In this document: positions 41,035 to 54,573 of the stretch, one piece after another
Layout of the letters: every line of letters begins with the position of its first letter
How positions within the stretch are numbered: the first letter of the stretch is position 1
NCBI GenBank assembly: GCA_951406725.2
Contig: OX597824.1
Span: 89,404,001-89,468,000 of the forward strand
Origin: Octopus vulgaris
Lineage: Eukaryota
Reading direction: 5' to 3'
Length of the DNA: 64,000 bases
Notes under the pieces: model-generated
The model's database searches: none
Told to the model about the DNA's origin: nothing
Seen by the model: the letters and a program-made list of their open reading frames with translations, nothing else
Made by a program: the position numbers and the translations under genes

Positions 41035-41725
41035 TATATATTATATTAAATTAGAGATAAAACCACTACTAGGCAAATAAAACAGTGAAAATCATAAACC
41101 AATACATAGAAATAAAATTAATTAAAAAACATATAAAAAATATAAAATATAAAAATCCAATTAAAATATTTAAATCAAAGTTAAAATTTAAAAAATTATT
41201 TAAATCAATAATTTAAACTTATAAATTATAAATATATATATATTTTTATTAATATTTTATTTAATTATTTATTTATTTATTTATTTTTTTATTTAATTTA
41301 ATTTTAATACTCTTTATCTTATTAAACTTTTAATACTTTTTGATGGTTTATAAAAAAATAAATATAAAAATATAAAAATATAAAAAATATAAAAATAAAA
41401 AAAATTTAAAAAATAGTAATAATAATAATAATAATAATAAATATAAAAAAAATAAACTTAAAAAAATAAAAAATATAAATTTAAGAAAAAATAATTAAAT
41501 AAAATATTAATAAAAATATATATATATTTATAATTTATAAGTTTAAATTATTAATTTAAATAAATTTTTTAAGATTTTAACTTTAATTTAAATATTTTAA
41601 TTGTATTTCTATATCTTATATTTTATATTTTTATATATTTTTTAATTAATTTTATTTCTATTTTATTTCTATGTATTGGCTTATGATTTGCCTAATAGTG
41701 GTTTTATCTCTAATTTAATATAATA
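41035..41725. repeat. ~690-bp AT-rich foldback (long imperfect inverted repeat)
   Basis: tatattaaattagagataaaaccacta... at 41042 is mirrored by ...tagtggttttatctctaatttaatata at ~41695-41722. The arms remain complementary for about 230 bp or more inward. Confidence 0.85.
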
Positions 41726-41809
41726 TATATTTATACTATAAAATTAGATTTAATCCTAAATCTAATTTTTCCCTGTAAATTTGGATTTACTCCCTAATAT
41801 TATTATCAT

Positions 41810-41857
<48 letters not shown>

Positions 41858-41893
41858 CATATGTACATGCGTGTATGTACATACATCTATACG

Positions 41894-41925
<32 letters not shown>

Positions 41926-41950
41926 TGCGTGTATGTCCATACATCTATAC

Positions 41951-42053
<103 letters not shown>

Positions 42054-42217
42054 TATGTGGGCACAGGACGTCACGAAACGTGTACAACAAAAGAGTACGA
42101 AGCATGAGTACATGGAACATGAACTATTCTTTCGAACAACGAAAGACACAAATGGAAAACAAAACAAAGAACGACCCTTCATCAGTTGTTGGCTGCCTAT
42201 CTAGTCTCGTATTTCGA

Positions 42218-42261
<44 letters not shown>

Positions 42262-42375
42262 TACATACACGCACACATACACACATATACATAATACATA
42301 CACACATATACATAATACATACATACATATATGCATACATACATACATACATACATACATGCATACATACATACA

Positions 42376-42406
<31 letters not shown>

Positions 42407-42472
42407 GTATATAATGCAATTCGAATGGTGCCTTGTTGTACCAATTTATCTCCTTTTATAAGTACATATATA

Positions 42473-42555
<83 letters not shown>

Positions 42556-43755
42556 TGTATGTATGTATGTATGTATGTATTTAAGTGCTAATCAATCTCT
42601 TAGTAGCTCTTTAACTTTCGTTTCTCCTTGTTTCTCTCCTCTCTATAATATTGTTTGTATCCGAGCTATGTATCTGTACACACACACACATATGTCTGTG
42701 AGTGTAAGTATGCATATCGGTAGGTAAGTTATATAAGCGTTTATGTTGGTAAATGCCTCAGTAATAGAAAGCAGCATGGCAGCTGTTGTTGTCGCGACTC
42801 TTAATGTTATCTTAAAACTCAATGAAATAGCAGCTTATTTCCCTCCTCTCCGCGACGATGATCACCATAGCCGCCACCACCGCCACCACCACCATCACCA
42901 CCACCACTACCACCATCACCACCACCACCATCACCACCACCACCACAAACCAACATTACTACCACCACCATTACTACTACCACCACCTCCACCACCACTA
43001 TCACCATCACCACCACAAACCAACATTACTACCACCGCCACCACCACCATTACCACCACAAACCAACATTACTACCACCGCCACCACCACCATTACCCCC
43101 CCCCCCCACCACCACCACCACCGCCGCCGCCTCCACCGCCACCACCACTTACCTACAAAGAATTTACATCCTCAGTGATCTTATCACATCTACCCCTGTC
43201 CCCCCTTTTCACCCAACCTTGTATCCAATCCAACCGTCTTTCTTCCCCACCCCACCCCCGATCAGTTTTAATGCAACTTATAACTAATATGACCCCTTCT
43301 CTTCCCTTTGAACCGAGAAAATGGAGTTTCCACAATGTGGTACGGTCTGCTAGATGTAGCAGCTAAATACCACCTCATACCACACACCCTGTTGGAAAAG
43401 GACACGCCGTTCCCTTAGACCCTGCGTAGTCGTCGGGGACAACTTGGATGGTTCATTCAACCTTCAGTCGCTGTAACACAAGCCAAAAGTAGTCTGAGTG
43501 CGCATGCCTGTATATGTCTCCACCACCACCACCACCACCTCATAACACCCACACTTTAAAAGAAATGCCTGAATGGATGCTGGTGCCGGCTGGATGGGTG
43601 CGACTGTTATTGAAGTGTGTTCCCATAGCGCCCTACTAATCACATTGGATTGTGGCCATGCAGGAGCACTACCTTGAAGGTTTTTCTTTCTTCGGACAAA
43701 TCGACCCCTGTACTTATTCTATCAACATATTTTACCGAACTGCTAAATTACGGGG

Positions 43756-44021
43756 GGTGGAGGCGCGTGGCTTAGTGGTTAGGGTGTCAGCATCATGATT
43801 GTAAGATTGTGGTTTCGATTCCTGGACCGGGTGACGCGTTGTGTTCTTGAGCAAACCACTTCATTTCACGTTGCTCCAGTCCACTCAGCTGGCAAAAATG
43901 AGTAACGCTGCGATGGACTGACATCCTGTCCTGCTGGGGAACACATACACCATTGAAACCGAGAAACCGGGTTCATGAGCCTGGCTAGGCTTTAAAAGGG
44001 CCCATTTATTATTTATTTATT
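43756..44021 (+). mobile_element. tRNA-derived SINE with 12-bp TSD, nested in a family A fragment
   Basis: TGGCTTAGTGG and GTTTCGATTCC boxes, same core as 606-950 but a different tail, (TTTA)n end. TSD taaattacgggg at 43744-43755 and 44022-44033. Partial copy at ~32098-32235. Confidence 0.85.
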
Positions 44022-44094
44022 TAAATTACGGGGTCCTAAACAAACCAACACCGGTTGTCGTGTGAAGGAGGAGATGGCATAGAAACACTTGCAC

Positions 44095-44888
44095 ACATTT
44101 ATCATCTCCTTCTAAATAATAACCTTGCGCAGCAATACACCGGTCCCAGCGTTCCTGCTTCTTTTGGAATTCGTCCTGGAAGTCGTTTTTCGTAAGCGAA
44201 TCGAGGACCTTCTGGAATTCGCTCTGGATCGCGGTGACGGGGTTAAAACGGCGACCTTTGAGCTCCATTTTCAAAAAGAGGAAGAGATGAAAATCCGTAG
44301 GGTACTGAATCTGGCGAACAGGGTGGGTGTGGAAGCGATACCATGTTGTTTTTGGCGAGAAATTCACAAGTAAGGAGATCTCCGTGAATAATCCAATTCG
44401 TCACGCTCCACCGATCCGGTCGCCTTCGTCGAATATCTTCCCTCAAACGCTTCAAAACATCACAGCAGGACTCTCGATTGATGTTCTGGCCCTGGGGGAC
44501 GAGTTCCCCATACATAATACCACATTTCCGGGGTTGACGCTCGTGGCAGGTCTTCCAGATCGGTCATAAGTCTTCTAAGAACGTTCTTCTGCTTTTGAAG
44601 CGCCCGTACCACTCGAAACATCGCGTACGACCCATTACCTCGTCGCCGTAAGCTTGCCGAAGCATGCCCAATGTGCATCTGTGCATGACAAAATCGCAGA
44701 CTACAGCGTACAAGAAATCGCAGAAACACAAATTAACACAAATTTCACAACTTGCGAAGTAAGCACAGCGATGTCACTCGACACACTGCCTCATGAAGGT
44801 CATTACTAGCTCTCGCTGTGCACGCAGCCATGTGCTGCCATCTGTTGGCGCGCCACAAAACTAGTCTGGGAACTTTTTGATACCACTA
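44095..44888 (-). mobile_element. Mariner transposon remnant (transposase pseudogene)
   Basis: ELVPQGQNINRESCCDVLKRLREDIRRRRPDRW, HPPCSPD and LKGRRF...FQKKQERWDRCIAAQGYYLEGD (mariner C-terminus). TIR-like TA-gtggtatcaaaaagttcccagact at the right end. Confidence 0.9.
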
Positions 44889-44904
44889 TGCATATATATA
44901 CATT

Positions 44905-45110
44905 CTTTTATTCTTTTATTTGTTTCAGTCATTTGACTGATTATGCTGGAGCACCGCCCTTAGTTGAGCAAATCGACTCCAGAACTTATTCTTTGTAAGC
45001 CTAGTACTTATTCTGTCGGTCTCTTTTGCCGAACCACTAAGTTACGGGGTCGTAAACACACCAGCATGTCAAGCGATGGTAGGGGGACAATCACAGTCAC
45101 ACAAACACAA

Positions 45111-45160
<50 letters not shown>

Positions 45161-45350
45161 GTATGTATATATATGTATATATATGTATATATATATATAT
45201 ACGATGGGCTTCTTTCAGTTTCCGTCTACCAAATCCACTCAGAAGGCTTTGGTTGGCCCGATGCTATAGTAGAAGACACTTGCTCAAGGTGCCGCGCAGT
45301 GGAACTGAACCCGGAACCATGTGGTTGGGAAGCAAGCTACGTACCACACA
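44905..45350 (-). mobile_element. SINE family A
   Basis: Matches other family A copies, with a long internal (CA)n(TA)n. Confidence 0.88.
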
Positions 45351-45689
45351 AAGCTTCAATGCAATTGCGCCTACCAAATTCATTGACAAAACATTGGCCG
45401 CGCAAGGGGCCGAACCCAAAGCCACGTATTTGCAAAGCAAACTTTTCAACCACAGAGCCACGCTTGCGCCCTGAACCCGTCTATGGTAACCTCGTCCGAT
45501 GTATATTCTTTCTCGTTCCTTCGTTCCTTTCTGTCTTCCTTTCTCCCTCTTCTCTTTCACAGCCCTTCCGAAATACTGGAGCAAACATGTTACATGTATC
45601 AGCTTCTGTTGGGTCACGCCCTCTGCACAAACCCAAAACCCGTTCTCCCCCCCACACACACTTTCCATCCTTCTATTACCCTCATCCCA

Positions 45690-45724
<35 letters not shown>

Positions 45725-46484
45725 AATCCCCTTCCTCTGCACTAAATTTGAATAACGATGAGTGAAAAGTGCATCTTTAGGGAATGCATGAATTTGGGAA
45801 GGAGACAGAAAAACAGAATGTGCGTATTCATGGTTACACATACGCACATACACACGCATAGTATGTTTATACACAAACACACACACAATCACACACACAC
45901 ACACACACATACACGCAGAGACAGATATGAGTGTATGTTCGGATGTTAATGCATATGTATACATGTGTGTACGTGTGTGTTTATATATGTATATATATAT
46001 ATATATATATACCCACACCCACACATGCGAATATTGTGTGTGTATGTGTGTATGTGTGTGTGTGTATGTGTGTATGCGTGTATGTGTGTATGTGTGTGTG
46101 TATGTGTGTGTGTATGTGTGTATGTGTGTGTGTATGTGTGTATGTGTGTGTGTATGTGTGTATGTGTGTGTATGTGTGTGTGTGTGTATGTGTGTATGTG
46201 TGTGTGTGTGTCTGTGTGTGGCATTGTATGGGGGTGTGTAAGGGTTGTGTAAGGAACGTGTACGGGGGATATGTAAGACCTTGCTTGAAAAGAAATATTT
46301 TTTCAGAGGGTCCCAGCCCCTTGTAATTTCGGTGAAGCATAAGATTGAGGTGATGATATAAACAGATTTGTGTTTTAGGGGTTCAGAAATGTCAGAATAA
46401 GGGTCTCATCACGTGACGTTTATTTAAAGAACAACTCTCACTGGAGGGTCTTAGCATACGTGTACACACACAAACAGACCATCT

Positions 46485-46526
<42 letters not shown>

Positions 46527-47162
46527 TTTTATTATTTTACTTGTTTCAGTCGTTTGATTGCGGCGATGCTGGAGCACCGCCTTTGGTCGAACACATCCAC
46601 CCCAGGATTTAATCTTTGCAAACCTAGTATTTATTCTATCTGTTCCTTTTGCCGAACCGCTAAGTTACGGGGACGGTTGTCAAACAATGATTGCGGGTGG
46701 TGGACAAACACAGACGCACAAATACATACGTACACACGCAGACACACACACATATATGAATTAAAACAGTTTGATTCAAATTCGTTGGTACTCTTGAAGT
46801 TTCAAGATGACTGACGACTAGCATCACACGTGAAACTCAAGAGTACCAGCATATTTTAATCAAACTGTTTTATTTTAATCCATACATGTAACTCGAAATA
46901 AATTTATAGAGTGCCCTTCTTTCGTTTGTCCACTCGTGTGTATATATATATATATACACACATACAAATACACACACATACAAATGTATGTATTAAAATC
47001 AATCAAAGGACATTGCTTTGAATGCACAGCGATTACTGAACAGGCGTCAGTAATCGGTGTGCATTCAAAGTAGTAATTTTACGAAACCGGTATGCTTTTA
47101 AATCTCTTTAACAATTCACAATAATGACTTTTATTACTTTTATTCCTACCTCAGTTCATCTA

Positions 47163-47217
<55 letters not shown>

Positions 47218-47374
47218 TTACTTTTCATAAAAAGCCTTTACTTCTTTTGATTTCCAATGTGCATTCTCACTTATTTTTCTTCTTACTTTCCTCTTATATT
47301 TCCACGTGTAGTTTCTATTTTCTTTTTGTAACATATTTCTATTTCTATATATATATATATACATATACATATAC

Positions 47375-47434
<60 letters not shown>

Positions 47435-47712
47435 TTTGAAATGGACGCGTGGCATTCAATAAAATAGTAATATAAATAATATATATATATACATACATAT
47501 ATACATACACACATACGCACAAATACACACACATACGTATATATGTGCACTATATATACACATATACATACATATGTAACATACGTATACACATGTATTT
47601 GTACACACATTCATTGACTTTCTATTTAATCTGATGTCCTCTTTCAAAACCATTTTCTGATCTATTTTCCTTCGATATTATCCTCTACCAAATGCTTCCT
47701 TTGTTTTCGCAG

Positions 47713-48016
47713 ACAACCGACCCTTCGTCTGAGGCGAATATATCTATGGACACCCTTCGTTCTCAGTCGTCATCAACACCGTACATGTCACCCCCACCGA
47801 CGCTGCCTCGGCACCAGGCCGGCTCCGGTGAGCAGTTCGATAGGCGGGACCTGACGCCGTCTTCACAAGCCTTGATTGACAATGCATACACGGATCTGAG
47901 GAAACACCACCGCTTGAACCAGGCCATTGACCAACAGGGCGCCGACCTCAAAGACCAAGTCTGTGACATGTGCCGTAAGCCAGGAGAAAGTGTCAGCTAT
48001 GAACAATTACTGCAAG
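47713..48016 (+). CDS. Coding exon 2 of uncharacterised gene (TTDPSSEANISMDTLR...QVCDMCRKPGESVSYEQLLQ)
   Basis: Acceptor cttcctttgttttcgcag, 304 bp open GC-richer frame with protein-like composition, donor CAAG|gtgggt (phase 1). Confidence 0.85.
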
Positions 48017-48212
48017 GTGGGTGCCACGTTTTACCCTCGTCTCCTTTTTCGTGGGGGCGGCGGGGGCCGAGTGTTATCTTTGGATTGTGGTGATAAGGAC
48101 GGTGATGATGAGATTATCATCATCGTTATCAAATTCCTTTTTTTTATTTTCATGAAAATATTTGCCTCCTTCTCTTCGTCCTTCTCATTGTCATCATCGT
48201 CGACGGAGCCGT

Positions 48213-48256
<44 letters not shown>

Positions 48257-48749
48257 ACATCATCATCATCATCATCATCAACGTCGTCGTCGACGTATTA
48301 TCATCGTCGTCGTATTCATCATCATCAGCTGCAACAGCAGCTGTAGCAGCGTCGTCGTCACCACCACCACCACCACACCACCACCACCACCACCACCACT
48401 ACCATCACAGTCACCATTTCCACCACCACCACCACCACCACCACCACCATCAACATTTCCATCACAATCACCATTTCCACCACCACCACCACCACAATCA
48501 CCATCACCACCACCAGTTGCCTCTGAGTTGTAAATAACACACAGTGAGTATTAAAGAGTGCTTCGATCAATCAGTCTGTTGGGTCATAGTTCAAATCTTC
48601 GTTTTTGAGCCGTAAGAAGAAAACGGTAAACGAATACGGTCTGCAGCTCCTTCAACTTCAGTACTTGAGTCCCTCCGCCCCGTGATCCTCAAAATATCTG
48701 GTCTTCTACCGAAATCAGAATCCATTATTATATTTCTTTCTCGTTGCAG

Positions 48750-48920
48750 GGATGCTTGTGGAAGGCGAACGTCTACTACTGACCGGAAACTGGTTATATT
48801 TCACCAATGTGGAGTTCTTAGACAGCAATGGCAGTAAAACCATGGCACAACCCCTTGGGAACGGAAGGGCCTGCCTCACAAGCCGCGCTCTCTTACTCCT
48901 CTGTGCCGAAGGAACGCTGA
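48750..48920 (+). CDS. Coding exon 3 (G-MLVEGERLLLTGNWLYFTNVEFLDSNGSKTMAQPLGNGRACLTSRALLLLCAEGTL)
   Basis: Acceptor tatttctttctcgttgcag, 171 bp open in phase 1-1, donor GA|gtaagt. Continues the exon 2 frame. Not in the ORF track. Confidence 0.88.
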
Positions 48921-49400
48921 GTAAGTAATTCAATCGTTGTAAAACGGGTGGATGAGTGTGAATAATATTGTTGTCTGAGGTTTTGTTCTGGACTAGGGAG
49001 GCCATAACGACGACAGTGGTTTTGGCTTTCAAACGAGAGTGGATTAGCGACGGATTTACTGGGAAAACAGAATAAACTTGGATTTTTCGGATAGAGAAAG
49101 ACAGAATGTGAGAGAGACCCTTCTTTATTGTAGTTTGTTTTTAGCCCAAGGATTCATAAAACCGGTTGCTCGGTTCTCATGACGAATAAGTGACCGAGCT
49201 CACAATACTCTCCCTGAAAGGGACGCCGGTTCATTGCTGGGTTCAATATCAGGCAATTTTGAGGAGAGGGGGACAAGTTGATTACATTGACCCCTATTTG
49301 ATTGTCATTTTAATTCATCAACCCAGAATGAATGCAAGACGCGCAATACATAACTAAGACACATAAATGAACGTGAATAACAAATCAGATTTTTGTATTA

Positions 49401-49614
49401 CAGCAATCTCTCGCCATATCGCGGTTCACTTATCGCGGTTTATTATTTAAGCTTACATCGATTCCTCCGTGGTGTTGTTTTGCATTTATGATAAAATAAA
49501 TATATACAGCTTATTAAAATGCTATAAAAAATATATTACTGTTTCTACTTCGCGGATTTTCACCTATCGCTGGGGGTTTGGAACGTAACACTCGCGATAT
49601 TCGAGGGATTACTG
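49401..49614. mobile_element. Tigger/pogo-like MITE
   Basis: TA|CAGCAATCTCTCG...CGAGGGATTACTG|TA: TA TSD and ~25-bp TIRs. Inverted sister copy at 53695-53901. Confidence 0.8.
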
Positions 49615-49720
49615 TAATCCTTTTTTTATGAGAATCAGCAGAAAAGAGGCTGCATACGTGCAATATGTATCCTACTGCAATTATACCATTTCTTTTTTAA
49701 AATTGCATCCTTTGGTTAAA

Positions 49721-49959
49721 GTACCTATTACTTTACTGCCTACAAGGGGCTACACACAGAGGGGACAAACCAGGACAGACAAACGGATTAAGTCGATTAT
49801 ATCGACCCCAGTGCGTAACTGGTACTTATTTAATCGACCCCAAAAGGATGAAAGGCAAAGTCGACCTTGGCGGAATTTGAACTCAGAATGTAGCGGCTGA
49901 CGAAATGCAGCTACGCATTTCGCCCGGTGTACTAACGTTTCTACCAGCTCGCCGCCTTT
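49721..49959 (-). mobile_element. SINE family B monomer with 13-bp TSD
   Basis: TSD tcctttggttaaa at 49708-49720 and 49960-49972. Confidence 0.9.
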
Positions 49960-50384
49960 TCCTTTGGTTAAAATACCTTGAGTAACACCCTACAAAGAAG
50001 AGAGGGGATTAATCTGGATTTATAGAGAATGAAGTCAGGTGGTGGGGTGGTAAGAAAGATTTACCGAAGAGATTAGGTTAAGATAGATTTTCGTGCAGAT
50101 GCAGGTGGTGGATTAATATGAGTTTACTGGGGTTTGGGGGTGGGTAGATGAGGACCATTTCGAGATAGTGAACTTTTCGTGTTGGAATTCTTCGAGTGGA
50201 ATATTTAATGAATTATAGAAAAATTCTTCAGCAAATATAATTAAGACTTAAATAGATTGTACTGTGTGACTTGACAAAGCATAGTATCGGATGCAGGGGG
50301 TGGGGTCACACAAGATATCTAACCTAAGTCTATCTAAGGAGCCATTATGGCAATCTGCTTACCATTATGGTTCCTTGAGTAAAC

Positions 50385-50578
50385 TGGCACTCCGTCGGTT
50401 ACGACGATGTGGGTCCAAAGTCATCCGATCAATAGAACACCCTGCTCAGGAAATTAACGTGCAAGTGGCTGAGCATTCCACAGACACGTGTACCCTTAAC
50501 GTAGTTCTCAGGGAGATTCAGTGTGACACAAAATGTGACAAGGCCGGCCCTTTGGAATACAGGTTCAACTCATTTTTT
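50385..50578 (-). mobile_element. SINE family C 3' portion
   Basis: Reverse complement aaaaatgagttg...aagggtacacgtgtctgtggaatgctcagcc...accgacggagtgcc. Related copy at 2180-2278. Confidence 0.6.
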
Positions 50579-51555
50579 AACCGGACACCCTAACCACTAA
50601 ACGATCCGCCTTTACAATAGGATGACTTAGATAGACTGAGGTTAGATCCCCTGTCTACCCCTATTTTTCTATATTTAAACATATTTTAGTCCTGATAGAA
50701 GAGAGAGCCCTCCAACTGCTATATTGCCCAAGATATAGCTTAGCTGTGTTTGTTGCATGTACATTCGGGCAACCACTGACACAATTTCTCCTCCCTGGCC
50801 TTTTGCAAAATGCAGACGAGGCTGTGTTGTTAAGTAATTCATTTTTGTATTCTCGTGACGCCGGGTTCAAGCCCACAGCGCGTTACCTTCGGCAAGTGTC
50901 TTCTATTATAGTCCCGGGTTGAAACTGTGTAAAATCGCGTCGTGTGTACACATACACACACACACACACATGCATATGTGAACACGTCTGTGTGTGTGCG
51001 CGTGATTGTCCTGCTTCTATCACTTGAGAACCTGTGGTGGTTGTTTAGGTCCCCGTATCTTAGCGTTTGGCCAAATAATGAGAACCAGACTTTAAGAAAG
51101 TAGGTACTAAGCTTCGAGACGGTGGCCCCAGCATGGCCGCAGTCCATACCCTCAATCAAATGACTGGAACCAATAAAAGACTAAAAGAACAAGGGAAAAT
51201 CGTAGAAATCCTTAACATGTTCTTATATTAAGCGGGGAACATTTATGACCCATCTTGCATTCCAGTCGAAGAATTCCAGAACGAAGTACTCATCGCAAAC
51301 GGAAGAATCGTCTTTTCTATTGGCCCACTTCAAAATAAGGAAATTCTTGCCAGTTTTGGATATATTTTTGACTCCTGTCGCTTGCTGCCAATTTCTTTTT
51401 CCCCTTAAAATGTTCATGTGTCATTTCTTAGTTATTTCCACCTTACACTCCCCGACCTCACACCGCCTTCTTTGTTTCCTCTTTCTTTAGCTGCCCCATA
51501 TCTCTTCATCTTTCTCTTTCTCTCTCCTCTCACTCTTTCTCTTTCTGTACACCAC

Positions 51556-51586
<31 letters not shown>

Positions 51587-51754
51587 ACACATACACATAC
51601 ACACGGGGAACAAATTGGATAAATAGGATTCAATACATTAGTGTGTATGTATATATATATTATTATTATTATATATATATATATATATATTTATTATTAT
51701 ATGTATGTATTATATATTTTATTATTATGTATATATGTAGTATTTGTTTAATGA

Positions 51755-51790
<36 letters not shown>

Positions 51791-51810
51791 GTATATATAT
51801 TATATTATAT

Positions 51811-52029
<219 letters not shown>

Positions 52030-52479
52030 ATCTAATAGAAAACAGATCCCGATTCTTCGGGTGCAATCGATTAGAGGAATAGAGAAAACTTGTAAAACAT
52101 TTCAGGGATTCTCCATTTGAGGTTCCTGGGTGAACATCTGCACATCATCACATATGCAGATGGAATACACACGCACACACACACACACGCACACACATAC
52201 ACACAAACACCACGTCCGTCTTGGTAATTATTTTATCGTTCCAGGAGGGATGAGAAACGGTACCATAAGCCCTTCCATGCGTGCCTCACACGTGCAAGCA
52301 CCCAACACTCACAAACTCATTTGCATATATTTACTTTGGGCTGACAATAATTTCCCCAGACACCATTTTTTATGGCAGCTAAATATTTGTCTTAATTATG
52401 ATGTCAACGGTGCTGAGAATGATAGATGTACTTATTCACACACACACGCACACACACACACACACATGCACACACACGT

Positions 52480-53240
52480 GCATATACAAATATACACACA
52501 TATGCATACATGCATATACAAATATACACACATATACATACATGCATACAAAAATATATACACATATACATACATGCATAGACAAATATACACACATATG
52601 CATATATGCATAGACAAATATACACATATACATACATGCATGCACAAATATACATACATATGCATACATCCATACACACATATACATACATGCATAGACA
52701 AATATACACACATACATACATGCATAGACAAATATACGCACATATACATACATGCATAGACAAATATACACACATATACATACATGTATACACAAATATA
52801 CACATATACATACATGCATGCACAAATATGCACACATATACATACGTGCATAGACAAATATACACACATATACATACATGCATACAAAAATATACATACA
52901 TATACATACATGCATATACAAATATACACATATACATACATGCATACACAAATATACATACATATACATACATGCATACACAAACAAACACACATATACA
53001 TACATGCATAAACAAATATACACACAGACATACATGCATACACAAATATACGCACATATGCATACATGCATAGACAAATATACACACATATACACACATA
53101 TACATACATGCATACACAAATATACACATATATACATACACAAATATATACACACATACATACATGCATAGACAAATATACACACATATACACATACATA
53201 TACATACATGCATACACAAATACACGCGCATATACATATA
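52480..53240. repeat. ~30-bp higher-order repeat derived from microsatellite (catatacatacatgcatagacaaatataca)
   Basis: About 24 degenerate units with recurring catgca...caaata landmarks. Confidence 0.85.
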
Positions 53241-53694
53241 CAAGACCTGCACACGTGTAGCAAAGGGGCGTGGTCAGACTATAATTATTTTTGTTTTGTT
53301 TCGGTTTATTTATTTATATTTATATTTAATTATGTATTTTCGTTTTTACCGCCAAAATTTTCCATGCAGAAAGTCTCAGTTTTCACCTCCTTTTTGCTGC
53401 AAAAGTTGACCCTACAAAGTTGACCCTGCAAAGGGTCGTTGTGCCGCTCCGTGCATTGGTGCCGCCTCGCCGTTGTTTTAGTGCACCAGCAAATGTCGCC
53501 TGGCATTCTCTGTAAAAAATTCCTTATAAGCTGTTATAACGTGTTCCAGCGATGCGTAATTTCCGCACCGATCACAATTGGCAGTGTCATGCCAGCCGTA
53601 CAGTTTAAAGCATCCATCCACGTTCGTTACGGGATTTTGGTGTCAGGTCAATGATGAATGAATCAACTCCATTTACTTTATAGATACAATATCA

Positions 53695-53901
53695 CAGCAA
53701 TCCCTCGAATATCGCGAGTATTACATTCCAAACCACCCCGCGATAGGTGAAAATCCGCGAAGTAGATATTTTTTATGTTATTTCTTTAATTTTTATATAT
53801 TTATTTTATTAAAAAGGCAAAAGAGCACCACGGTGGAATCAACGTAAGCTTAAATAATAAACCGTGATAGGTGAACCGCGATAGGCGAACCGCGATATGG
53901 C
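53695..53901. mobile_element. Tigger/pogo-like MITE (one end truncated)
   Basis: cagcaatccctcgaatatcgcgag...gcgataggtgaaaatccgcgaagtag is the reverse complement of 49401-49614. Confidence 0.8.
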
Positions 53902-54355
53902 AATTCGGTTTTACCAAATACGAATGTTATCTTTCTCTCTCTCTCTCTCTCACACACATACACACATTCTTAGACGCACACGACACAATTACATAACACA
54001 CATCGACACAAACTAGACACACACACACAGACACACACAGACACAGACACACACACGTAGACACGATACGAATGCTCACACAGCGCACTCACCCATATAC
54101 ATACACACATGCACGCATACAACACAAATACTCATAGAACACAAACACATACACACAAGGCACAAATACACAAAGCTCTCTCTCTCACACACACACATAT
54201 ACGCACACACCACAACAGAAACACATACACAAACACCTACGCAAACAATACACACGCACGCGAATACAAACAGTACACGCACACACAGACGTACAAACAC
54301 CATGCACACAGCGTAATCCCCTTTATTTAATCTTCTTTTCTTTTTCCTCTCACAG

Positions 54356-54573
54356 ATTCTACAGTAAGAAAAGTAAATGAAGAAGAAAAAGACCCCAAAA
54401 AGCAGCGCCCAACGTATCATTTAGATGTGAGGAAATTCGAGCAGATATATTACCGTAGCGTCCCACTGACTAGTGTCCGCAGTGTGGAATTGAACGTGCA
54501 AACAGGGACTTCAGCCGAAACAACACTTACAATGAGAGAAGCCCTTTGTTGCGGGCTTTGCCGGTGCTTCGGG
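54356..54573 (+). CDS. Coding exon 4 (N-STVRKVNEEEKDPKKQRPTYHLDVRKFEQIYYRSVPLTSVRSVELNVQTGTSAETTLTMREALCCGLCRCFG)
   Basis: Long polypyrimidine acceptor tcttcttttctttttcctctcacag, open in phase 1, donor GGG|gtgagt (phase 0). Overlaps ORF 54427-54654 in the same frame. Confidence 0.88.

Noticed and set aside
53430-53650. Non-repetitive GC-richer segment as a host exon
   Set aside because: The minus strand gives KLYGWHDTANCDRCGNYASLEHVI followed by a stop, more like a decayed LINE zinc-knuckle remnant. It has no good splice sites.
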